Of a DNA stretch of 64,000 nt, positions 22,691 to 34,690 are shown in pieces; the first letter of the stretch is position 1, and each line of letters starts with the position of its first letter. This DNA comes from Felis catus (lineage: Eukaryota). Position numbers and translations under genes: made by a program. Under the pieces are notes generated by a model. It was not told the DNA's origin. It worked only from the letters and a program-made list of their open reading frames with translations, and ran no database searches. The DNA is taken from NCBI RefSeq assembly GCF_018350175.1, contig NC_058368.1, forward strand, positions 149,484,001 to 149,548,000, read 5' to 3'.

Positions 22691-24724
22691 AAATGATGGC
22701 AGAAAAAAGACTTAACTAAAAATGTTAAGTACACATTGAAGGCTAAAACAGTAAATATAATTAAGGTGATATTGCAATTATTAATCTATTTATCTGTCAA
22801 GACTGGGGACAGTGGGTACAGAGGCAAAGGTCATAGATATCCCACAAGTATGTGAAGATGGGGCTCTGGGAAGAGACCTCTTTGAATCCAGCTCTGGCCA
22901 TCACTGCATAGTAAATAAATGAAAATAAAATTTGAACAAACCCAAAGCCATTCCATAGAACTTGGTATTCCTTTAGAAATATCACTTGCCTGAGTCCCTA
23001 CTACAGCTCAGCTCATGAGCCCAAGAAGTTTCATGGACTATATTTGCCACTCATGAAAACCTGCATTCTTTATCAACCTAAACAAGCTAAGAACCAGGAG
23101 AGAGATTTCTTTCCTAAGTCTCTTCGGTAAATAGAGAAAGAAACAATGAAATATCTTTTACAAAAATTAATGATTTGTTCTTGGTTTGCACCTACATAGG
23201 ATAAGGGTATAATTGACTCTTGGGGAGAAAGCTAATAAATCTTAATTACAATTTTAAATTAAAGTCCCAAACCAAGTCTTTAAAAAAAAAAAAGAAATGC
23301 TTGAGAAGCACTGTCTTCAGCTACTAAAGACGTCTCAGTGCATTTCTCTGGAAAGACAATGACTTATTTCTGATAATAATGAACAATGTACTGGTTATAG
23401 GACCGATTTCTTATGAAGACATGTTAGTTAAGTGAGTTGTATGAAGTCTCCGAAAGTTCCAGGTAAGATTTAAACCCTGGACTGTGGTCCTCAGTAGCAT
23501 CTCTGTCTGAATGAAATATGTACCTCCCTACAACCAGGCGTCATTCCATCAGTCATGAGTGCTCTGATTGAAGAAAGTAGAAGGTCTAGGCCAAATCTTT
23601 TACTTTCTATGGGAAATTTGCTCAGTGAAAGACTAACAATTAAGTCCATCCCCAAATATCACTTGTGCCTAGAAGCATCCTAAAAAACTCCATTACAGCA
23701 AGACCAAATATCAATGGGGCCACCATGGAAAGCTGCCAGTTAAAGCCCTCTAATGTCTCACACTTAACACCTTTTCTCCCCAGAGGGAGAAAAGCATTTT
23801 ATAACTGTTCCACCCTGTAGAAAAGATCAGTGGTTACATAGATTTTATAGTCTCTATTGATTTTTTTGAGTGAAAATAATAGATACTATTTAATGAAACT
23901 TATTGTGGGTATACATGCAGCATAACCTCTAGCATCTCCCATGGAGGTGAATTGTAAGTCCTGCTGGTCTGAAGTTGAGCTCATGTGTGCCTGCCAATAG
24001 CAACAGGCTACACACAGCAGTTTAAAGTTTACCTCCGGGAGAAATTTTTATCTATTAGGGAAAATACTCACTTCCAACCTTCGTTGTCTCCTTCTAACCA
24101 AAGGATAAAGAGATTTAATACTTTTTTTTAATCTATTCCAAAAAATATGTAGAACATAATAACATCTCAAGAGAAGGAAAATAAACATGTAACTTACTGA
24201 TCTGTCTCCTTCTCTAAGAGATATTATCACCAAAGAAAACTCTTGTTACCACTATTTGCTTTAAAAATCTTGTGTCATTACCTATGGTTTGTAAAAAGAT
24301 AAACCTAGGTGATTTTTAGTAAATACAAGTTTTTACTACTTTAATTCAAAGTACCTTAAAGTAATCAAAGTACCAAAGTTAATTATTTTTTAGAACAGAG
24401 CTAGACTAAGTGTTGTCTGATTTAAAATCTGAAAAAAAAATTAGTAAAGATGAAACATTGCCTTCCTTGTTAGGGATTTTTTTCCTTTGGAGTAGTCTTT
24501 AAAGATATTCTCTAGTCATTATTTCATACACTAAACATATCATGAGCAACAATTTTCTCTATTCCCATTTTTAAAATTAATTTGAGGAAATTATTAAAGC
24601 AATTTGCATTTTATTTAATGCAGAAGAGAGAACATAGTTCAAGGTACCATTGCTTGCTATTTAACATTCCATACATCAGAGAATAAGGAAATATCCAAAA
24701 TAACAGTATAAAAAATATAACAAG

Positions 24725-25550
24725 AATGTCAACGAGATGACAGAATAGGAGAGCCCCAGCTCACATCTAACACAATGATTTGAAAGAGATCCACCAATAC
24801 AGTGCTTTTGTGAGAATTTTGGGATCCAGTTAGGAGGTTGTGAAACCCTGGTTGAAGCCCAATATCAACAGAGCTGCTTCAGGAAGGCAGGACAGCACCC
24901 TGGTGGCAGACTACACAAACATGGTCCCACCTGTCAACTTAAGGCAGCCCTGATCCCTTAAGGATCTGGTTCTAGCCCTGTTTGGTCATGGTCCTTCAAC
25001 CAGTGCCATCTACCAAGGGACCCTGGAGGAGCCACATCTGTCTGTGGCCCCAGTAAGAGGCTTTACAGCTTCAGACCCAACTGGATTCTGATGCAACCCT
25101 GTGACCTGCTTCCAGCCCTACTCTAACACCAGTCCAGAGTCAGTCCTACTCTCGCAGAGTGAACTCTCGCAGGTGAAAAACAATTCTAAAATTTGAATAA
25201 AACTACAAAAGACCCCAATAGCCAAAGCAATCCTGAGGAAGAAGATAGTAGCCAGAATCATCCCTCTTCCTGATTTCAAACTACATTACAAAGCTGTATA
25301 ATCAAAACAATATGATAGTGGCATAAAAGAAGACACCAATAGAACAGAATTGAAAGCCCAGTAATAAACCCCTGCATGTATGGTCAAAGAGTATTTGACA
25401 ACCAAGAATGCTTAATGGGATTAGAATATTCCCTTCAATGAATGGACTTGGGGAAACTGAATATTCACATGCAAAAGAACTAAATTGGACACCTATCTTA
25501 CATCACTCACAAAACTTAACTCAAAATGTATTAAAGACTTAAATTTTACA
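24725..25550 (+). mobile_element. L1 composite: 5'UTR-like segment (24725-25170) joined to a late-ORF2 segment (25175-25550)
   Basis: ORF2 part is clear ('atagccaaagcaatcctgaggaagaag', 'cctgatttcaaactacattacaaagct'); the 5' part starts 'gagatgacagaatagga', like an L1 5' end, and is GC-richer. Confidence 0.7.
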
Positions 25551-25736
25551 GTACATATTTTTCTAGAGAAGAAACATTTCTCTATGTTCTTTCTATAATT
25601 TTCCAAAATATTTTTAGATCTATATTTTATCCAAAAATATCACATCTAATGGCCTTAACATGTATTGTAGAAATGCTTCCTAGTAGATATGATAAATCAG
25701 CTTATATACAAGCATACTTCTAAATTAAAACCTATT

Positions 25737-25767
<31 letters not shown>

Positions 25768-25778
25768 TTGTGTGTGTA
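25737..25778. repeat. (TG)n microsatellite
   Basis: Directly visible, interrupted. Confidence 0.95.
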
Positions 25779-25809
25779 TGGGTGTATATGCTTTCCTATA
25801 ATAGAAAAG

Positions 25810-26020
25810 CAACTTTATTTAGAGCTAGAGGTCATGAGTTTTGAGTCAGGCTTTTCTATTATTATTTGAGCAATCTTGAGCAAGTCATTTAGCCTAAGTC
25901 CTGGCATTCTCAATGGGTTAATAATCATAATGGCTATTCTGGCATTTCACATAATTGTTGTAAAAAGAAAACACAGTAACTGGTGAAGTGCTTTGCAGTC
26001 TGCCACCATATATGAATAGA
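25810..26020 (+). mobile_element. MIR
   Basis: 'caatcttgagcaagtcatttagcct', 'aagtgctttgcagtctg'. Confidence 0.65.
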
Positions 26021-26469
26021 AAGTGATATTTAAGAGATATTATGTTTACTGGTATAATGCATAAATCTTATCGTAATTGATTTGTATTTTTAATTTAAGA
26101 TCTTGTAAGCTTTCAACAATTGTCAAATTATCTAGAGATTATAAACTTTTCAAGTATATGGTAGCTAATGACACAAATGAATACAAAAGAGATCAGAAAT
26201 CACTTTGTACCTTTAAATCAATTTTATTTTACTTTTTATTTCTTAGCAGTTCAACATATTATTTATTTTCCACTGGAATCACTAACAAATTGAAGAAAGT
26301 ACTCCAGTTGAGTATGTCAACATTATATTTTGCTCTCAAAATTATAACTGAGAGACAATAAAACTTAGTGTAATAAATTTTAACTGTACACAGTGGTATT
26401 AAAATATAAATTATCAACAGTCATAGACACAAAGAGACACATACATATGCTTTTTTTTCTCCTTTCAAT

Positions 26470-27390
26470 TAATAGTCTGAGGCTACCATTTTCCTCATCA
26501 CCACCCCCCACATCCAACCCGTTTGTAAGTCTTGCCTGCTCTGTCTCCAGATACCTTCCACATCCATCTACCGTCTCAATCTCCTTTGGCTCTCACCTAT
26601 TCCAAGCACCATCATTGCCCAGCCAGACTACTATAACAGCCCCAACTGTTACCTTTGATTTCTCTTGAACACATCTTTAATCCTTTCCTCATAGAGCAGA
26701 ATAAATATAAATATATGTAAAATCACATTGCTCGTGTATTTAAAACCCTCCAACAGCTGCTCTCTGCACGCAGATCAAACACATCTACCTTAATTTGTCC
26801 TAGACCCAGTCCTCCCCATGGTCTGCTGCCTCTCTCATTCTTGACCTCACTCCATCTCTTCTCACACTACTCTTCTTCCTAAACTCCAGTTAACACTGCT
26901 GCATTCCTGCCTTGGGAATTCAGCATTTGCTATTCCTTCATCCCCGGAGAGCAGCGTACAGGTACCTTACTCATCTGACACTGCATGAGGGTTTTAACAT
27001 CATCATATTTTTTATTCACTTATTTCTACCATCTCATTAAAATAAATGAGTATGCAGTCCAATTAGAAGAAGTATGCTAGTTAGGATATGATAAATTCTA
27101 GGAACGCTCCTGTTTTTCGTCTTAAATACTAAATCCCTAAGATCTTTCTATATAAAAATTCTGAAGCTCCCCTCCACTGCCTCCATTTGAAAAATTCTCT
27201 CCTCAGAACTTTTCATGTACTGCTTCCTTGTATCATTCACATTTTAGTTCAAATATCTTCTCAGCAAGGCCTTTCCGGCCATCCAGTCTGGACATTATCA
27301 GCCATCTTTATATAATCTTTTGTTCTTTGTTTACAGCTCTTGCAGATCACATAATAGGTATTCAATAAATATAAGTCGAACAAATGATAG
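26470..27390 (+). mobile_element. L2 fragments with 3' end
   Basis: 'ccaagcaccatcattgcccagccagactactataacagcc', 'ataataggtattcaataaatat'. Confidence 0.72.
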
Positions 27391-28949
27391 CAGTTTCATT
27401 TGTGTGCATGTATAAGAACTTGGTAAGTACTGAAGCAGCATGTGATGATAATACTATAATATATTTTCATAGGAAAAGAATTCTCTCCTTTTGAAGTTTC
27501 CTTTAATAGGATCAAAGTTAATTAGTTAATGTATTCTTTTTCTCTATGGACAGGAAGAGAGAAGAAAGAAAAGCCAAATAATTCCCCAAATACTTTTCAG
27601 CAGTTTTTTTTTCCTTCCATTCATCATTTTTGTTTTAGCTCTTTTAACTTTATTTTTTTTTTCAGATAAAGACAAGCTGTCAGGTATTTGAATCTTTGAG
27701 ACTACTATCACTCACTTGGATTATTTTAAGGCCAATTAAAAGGAAAACAATAACAACTGCCAGTCTTCATTTCCCAAAGTGACAAGTCATGGTTCTGTGT
27801 TGTTTTATGGTTTATGTAATGAATATCTATGCATATTTTAGTTTCAAGACAGTAAGTCTTGAAAACATGTTTTCAAAATCCATTATGCTTACTATGAATT
27901 TATGCCAATATTTTAACTAAAAGTTACCCAAATATTGAATAGCAACTGGAGATTTCATAGTAAGATGTTTAAATGCAAGGATTTCTGCTAATATGCAAAC
28001 AGGTTTCCATATCGAGATTTGCTTCAGGTCACATTGTACTTGACAAGCTAGTATCACAGTTCCAGCTCTTTTATGAGTCAGTTTGGTGTTTGCAGCAAGA
28101 AGCCCAGGCTACCACCCTGCCTTCACTATATACTGCATTAGTACTGTTTACAGTCCACTGAGGCAATCTGTTGAACTGCTCTGCATCTCTATTTTGTCTC
28201 TCAGCCACTCTTGTGCTTCTCCACCTTGGGATACTATTTTGGAGATTCATTAGGACATATTCTTTAAGCTTCCTGAGAGACTGAAAGGAATGCAAAAGAA
28301 AAAATGGAAAGACACTATATTTTATTTTAAATCTGATTTTTAAAAAGTGTGACATTCCTGTTTTACATTCATTTCCCAGGTAATGATTCATAATAGTTTT
28401 TAACTTAAAAAAAACCTTGACCCAATTTACAAAGACAGCAAGGAAAATGTTCATTCATTCCAAAATGTATTGATAAATTTATTAAGAGATTCCAATGTGC
28501 TAAGTGCTGTGGGGAGTACAGATGGGAATTTTATATTTTTAGTGTTGTTTTCCATACTGTTTCTTCATGACTTTATTATATGGAGGAAAAATAAGATATG
28601 TAAATATTTAACTACAATGTAAAGTAAAAAGTAATCTGATTTCTTCTGCATCTTTCCAGATGCATTTGAATGTGAGTAAAGAAAATCACAGAACCAAATT
28701 GAGAAGTTTCCATTTCAAATCTCAATTAGGTATACAATAGTGTCCCATGAAATTTTATCTGCTTCTGCAGTAAACTCACTTTCCCACTTGCAGAGGCAAC
28801 TCTGAAAAATTCTCCTCTCCTCTAGTTGTCCGGCCCACGTTCTGTAGCTCCAATGCTGGAAGGCCTTTACGCAGCACTTTATTGGCAAAATGGAAGCTGA
28901 TTTCAGGTCTCACATTCCCACAATGAAATCTGTGATGTACCTGCCCCTG

Positions 28950-30030
28950 CATCTGTCTTCTCTTCTTCAGAATAAAATAGAGGACCGCTTTTTCTTTGAC
29001 CAAAGGCCAGTACCTCCTTCCTTGTCCCTTGGATTGAATCCTTAGAGTCTTTCTAAAAATTTTGCCACCTCAACCCCCTCTTCTTGCATCTTCAGTCTTC
29101 CCCTCTTCACTGGGTCATTCCCATTAATTTACATGTTCTTCCTTATTAAAAAGAGAAACCTGCCTCAACAGTACATTGTGCCCTAAGTTCTTCCCTATTT
29201 TTCAGCTTTCAGCTGCTGTTAACTTCTTAAATTTTTTCTCTATTTCCTGAACTTCAGTTCACAATTCTACCTGTAGCAATCTTGCTTCCACTCCAAATAT
29301 TTCCTGATCAAAGTTCTCGCCAAAGTTCTGGATGATATCCATGTTGCCAAATTAATGGATATTTTGCCAGGTTTTCTTAGTATATAAGACACTAGTTAAC
29401 AGTTCTTCCTTCTGCAAAACCAAATCCTTCTGGGGTGTGTGTGTATATGTGTGTGTGGTGTTTTGGTTTTGGTTTTGGTTTTGGTTTTTGGCCTTTCTGA
29501 TCTTTTCAGAGTCCTCTCCTTTCTACTTATTTCCCTAGGCAATTGCCTCTATTCTCAGGGCTTTTAAAGGTAATCCATACTTTCATTTCCCATATTCATA
29601 ATTTCAGCCTTCACACCGTCCTCTAACATCCTGAATTGTATCCGATGTCTTCCTGTCCCATCAATTTGGGTCTCTAATAGACATTTCAAATTTAATATGG
29701 CTTAAAATAATCTCTTGAATTTTACAAGAAAATGTGTTTTTTTCCCTAGCCTTCTTCATTTAGCTCAAGACCAAAAGAAAAAAAAATTATTAATTCCTCT
29801 TTTTTATTCATGTCTGTATCTGATTCATGAAGTAGACCAATTAATTCTACTTCCAGAATATACATACAATCTGCCCACTTCTCTCCTTTCCATTGATTAT
29901 ACTCTATTCCAGGTTATCATTGTTTCTTCCTTAGACTATTACAACAACCTCTTAACTGTTCTGTTTCTGCTCTTAAGCTCCTCTACACAACAGTAAGAAT
30001 AATATTCTTCTGATCTTACTCGAATCATTA
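28950..30030 (+). mobile_element. Decayed L2
   Basis: 'gatgatatccatgttgccaaattaatgga', 'tctaatagacatttcaaatttaatatg', 'ttagactattacaacaacctcttaactg'. Confidence 0.72.
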
Positions 30031-31886
30031 CCCTCCCCAAAGAACAGTGGCAAACAAGGAAAAGACATTTAAAGGGGACTTAAGAGATTGTTAAAATTTT
30101 GGCTGTAGATATTTAGAAAAAAATGTTTTCCAGAACAACAGACCAGCAATAGAAAAGTTTGGAAGTGAACAAGTATAAGAGGGTACCTATACATGAGTAA
30201 TTGGTTATATTTTGTTACTTCAGAGAACACATTAAAATAAGGTATAAGCAAAAAGGTCAGAGTTGAAGCCAAATAGCCTCTAATTTGCTAGGTATTTGGA
30301 ATTTGTTTGGTAATTTAATTTTATGATCAAATTTGAAAAATGAATGAAGTCAACTTTCTGTCTGTGATTAATAAGCAAATCAATAGATTAATGTAAACTA
30401 TGTGGGGATTAAGTACTTAAAGTGATAAATGAGTCATATGAGCCTTTCATGCCTCAAGTATATGTCTTTATCTCATAAATCATTATACTGTCTTCTGCTT
30501 CTTTTGAAAATACTAGATGGCAAAAATAAAAGTAAATATTGGTTTGGCCCATCTTTTTCTTTAAGAAAAGAAGAAAATTTTACTTCTAATTGATATAATT
30601 GAAAAATCTACTGTCAGCCTGCTTCCCATACGTTTTTTTTTCTTTTGTGAGGTACTTCTCCTTCTAATTAGAAATTTTGTGAGAGAGGTTTTATATCCTT
30701 CATTCTATCCACTTTTAATGAATAACTAACTTTAAAATAACCTTTCAGTGATGCAAAACTCAACATCTTATTTTAAGGTTCGGGATACCTGGTCAATTTT
30801 CAAAACTGCTTATGGATTAGGTTGTCCACATTGTCTAGAAGGACAGAAGTCTAAAAGTGAAAGAAATGAAAACATCTCCCAAATTTTATTCCACAACATT
30901 TTTGTCAGCATTGCCTCTAGGGCTTATGCTCAACATATACACTCTTCAGCACCATTCCCCCACTTTCCAGATTTCAACGTCTTTGAGAAAGAGCAAGTCA
31001 TTTCACATTAAAATAAATATTGGGATTAATTAAGGTAGGCATTCTGAATTGAACACTGGGGCATCTGTGATTGTTGTGTAATAATGTGTGATGTAAATAT
31101 ATTGTAAATGAATGACTGAGTCAGATGTCAAATCAATTCACAAACTTTTGGTCCTTAGAGTTTTGGGCAGTAAAGCAATTAGCACTTTGGAGGTTTGTGG
31201 TCAAGAGATGCCCTTTGGGAGACAGGCAATCAATTGGGCTATGAGTCTGCTGAGCAATTTAAGGATTCCAATTAAACATTTCAAAGAAAGTCAGTTTAAT
31301 TACAAATAACTGTATTGGCAAGACTAGGTGTATTCAAGCTGCCAAAGTCAATATATATTATATGCGGTTTTTACAATTGCAAGAACATATATAAAAAGAA
31401 AAAGACTGTTTTCTCTATAAGCTAAGGTCAGTATAAACATGCACCATCCCTCACCCGAGATACTTTCTTTAAAGTTTAACAAATCCCAATTTCCTTTTCC
31501 AGGACATAAGACTTCATTTATCCTCTTATCTCCAAGACTTATACATCTATTTTGAATACATATATAGATACAGGTCTATCCAAAGATGAAAGGGAAAACA
31601 AACGGACAGTGGGTATATTAAGTAAAATATTTTTTTAAAGTATAAAAAGTAACAAATATCTGGGAATTCCCTTGTGTTCTAAGCCCTCTCCCTACCACTA
31701 CCACCATTTTTTATCAGTTCTTATATTACTGACTGCTCCTTTTTAAAATTGTAGAATCATTTTTAAAATTAGGATGTAATGCTTCTTTGCTTCTCTGAAA
31801 AAATGTCACAGTTTGCTTCTGATAGCATAAGCTCTCAGCAAAGGTTAAACCCTTCCTATCCTTATCCATTTAAAAGGGGTCCCTGA

Positions 31887-32052
31887 GGGGTGCCTGGGTA
31901 GATCAGTCATTTGAGCATCAGACTCTTGATTTTGGCTCAACTCATGATCCCAGGGTCATAGAATGGAGCCCACGTTGGACTCTGTGCTGCTCACACTCTC
32001 TCTCCCTCCTTCCCCCTCTGTCTCATGTGCAGGCTTTCTTTCTCTTAAAAAA
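31887..32052 (+). mobile_element. Older Can-SINE
   Basis: 'ggggtgcctgggtagatcagtcatttgagcatcagactcttgattttggctc'; degenerate TSD aaaaggggtccctga / aaaagtgattcctga. Confidence 0.9.
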
Positions 32053-33144
32053 AAAAGTGATTCCTGAAAATGTCTTTCTAAAGAAATTACATAAAATGTT
32101 TTTATGTGTTTATTCATACTCATTCTGCTTCCACAAATAATATGAAGAGGATTACATACCAAAGATAATATAAAATGTTAATTAAAAAAATAAAACTGGT
32201 TAAAAGACACAGGGAAACAGATGTGTCCAGCCCTTTGGGAAGAGTTCAGTAATAAAAGATCATTATTGTTTTCTTAACTAAATTTCTACAAAATTATATT
32301 TCCTATACTCAGAGAAAGTCAGGAATAGAAGGCCTCTCAAAAGCTTTCCACTCTGTATTTTCATGAATAGAGACAGACAAAAGAAAAAAAACTAATTTAT
32401 CAAGAATTATATAGCTTAGATAAATCCTTATCATTTTAGCATGTTCTTGATCAACAACTTCAATGAGCAGAATCACCATGATCTATTCTCCAAAATGGTA
32501 ACTGAGAGAAATACACTTCTGTCTTATTTCATCTACTATCATTTTGAGTCTCTGTTAAATGCAGTTGGTTTAGGAGTATAGGTTTTATCCCGAGGGCAAA
32601 GGTAGTCAATGACAGGGTTTGTAAGAAAGTAATTTGGTCATATTTCCAATTTGGAATGTTTACTCTGATTCAGTATACAGAATTGATGGTACAGACAACA
32701 AGATGAGGAGAAGAAGATGATTTAGGAGACTATGTCATTAATTGAGGGAGAGATTGTGGTGGAAGTGTGGACATGAAAAGCAGAGAGACAAAAAATAATA
32801 CATTTCCAGAAATATAAGTCTAATTAAGTATAGAGAAAAGTGAGAGTGACAACTTAGGAAAGAAACCCAGGCATAGTAGGTGGTAGTATTGTTCACTAAG
32901 GAATGCAGAATATGATAAATTAATTCATGAAATGCACTTGGTACATAATAAGTGGCCAATAACTGTAGCAAAATGTTGGCTTTATTGTAGATATTTAAAT
33001 TATCCATTGGGGTCGTACAAGACCACAGCTAGCATTCTGCCATACCATTGGTGGTATATCATTGACATGGTATAACACTATAAAAATCAAAGTTCCATTA
33101 AGTACACAAGAACTTCTAGGGCATTTTTATGACACAGCCTATTC

Positions 33145-33580
33145 AGATCTGTGAAGGTTCTAATATTTTCCCTACCTACAAAGGAACAAGTTAGCCTGCC
33201 ATAGTTTCATGAATGTTGACAGAAGACATGAGAAACCTGAGTTCAAGGTGAAGGCTTTGTAAGTCTCCACAGTAGCAGTAACCACAGAATCACCATTTCC
33301 ACATATTGGTTCCTGCAGTATGCTGTGAAAGGATCAACTCAGGGCCACATGTGCATGCAATGGCTGCAGAAAGGACAGAAACTCGAAGGAAACCCGAACC
33401 TTTTATAATGCACCACAAGCAAACACACATTTTGCTATAGAGGGGAGTATTATCCTCTGTTTTCAATGGCTATATATTTTCAATAAAACGTCTTTGAAAA
33501 TATAGTTAAGAATTACAGTTGTTCTTCACCTGCAAGATTTATAGAAATACAAAACATCCATGGAAAAATATCTTCCTGAT
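33145..33580 (-). mobile_element. Solo ERVL-type LTR related to the LTRs at 6463 and 9381
   Basis: 'aacaagttagcctgccatagtttcatgaatgttgacagaagacatgagaaacctgagttca' parallels 9420-9485. Confidence 0.8.
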
Positions 33581-34289
33581 ATTAACCAGACACTGAGACC
33601 TACCCCTGGCTCTCAATAAGTCTATAAAATCTTACATACCAAATACATGTGCCTTTCCTTGAGTACTTTGGCCTAGATTGCATTCTTAAAATATTTATTG
33701 TTTATATTGGACAGTTTGGCATTTCACTAAATTTGGCTAGCATTTAGTGAAAGCTAACTTTGGGCAAGACCTCATTCTCACTACCTTTGTGGATAAAAAA
33801 TAAGTAAGATATAGTTTCTGCCTTCTAACGACTGGTAATCTAGTGGAGGACACATGCATATAAAACTTAATGTAAATGAAAGTAGAGAAAATCATGAGAT
33901 AGAGGAGAGAAATACTAATCTCAACTTAAAGTAGAATTTGAGAAAGAAAAAGAATGAGTAGATCTTAAAGGGGTTAGAAAGATTGGTGTGGGGCAGTAGA
34001 GAAATATGAGTTTAAACTTAATCACTCTGGAAACAATATGAAAAAATAGTTTAGAGAAGACTAGAGACAAAGAGGTATCTCTATTGTCCCAGGGAAAGTC
34101 TTAACAATTTGAATTAAGGCAATACCAGAATCAGTAGAAAGGAAGGAATCAACTAATGAGGTAAAAAAAAGAATTGTGTCTCATAGTATTGTTGAGGATG
34201 AGAGAAAGAAAGCAATTGAAAATAATCTAGAGCAGATCAGATCAATTAAATTAACAAATCACTCTGGTTTGGTAGTTAGTTGCCTCTGT

Positions 34290-34690
34290 GTGTGAGTATA
34301 TGACCTAACTAGAGAGTTCCATATATTTCTCATCCCTGGTCCCAGTGTTTGGTTTAGAGATGAGTTTGTGATAGAAGTCAGTCTGCTATATCCAAATCTA
34401 GAAGTTTGACTTGAACCATTAGAAAGTGAATTTCCCTTTGAGCTAGCCATGGAGATATTAAGATGTAATGCTGGACCCCTGAGTGGCACCTCAAAGAGAA
34501 AGCAGACGGGAGAAATTCATCTGGAAAAAAAGCAGGATTAAAAGGTGAAGAGAGATAGTAATATAATTTGAGGCCTTCAAACCACCCATGCTGCAAATGA
34601 GAAACACTGCTAAATTTTTCGGTTTTAGGAACCAATGCCCCTTGTTTGAGTTGTGTTTCTTTCATTTGCATTTGAAAACACTTCAAAAGA
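34290..34690 (+). mobile_element. Old MaLR LTR (MLT1K/L-like)
   Basis: 'tgtttggtttagagatgagtttgtga', 3' end 'gtttgagttgtgtttctttcatttgca'. Confidence 0.6.

Noticed and set aside
27905..27915. aaatattggca on the minus strand resembles the 3' end of miR-16/195
   Set aside because: The TAGCAGCAC seed region is absent
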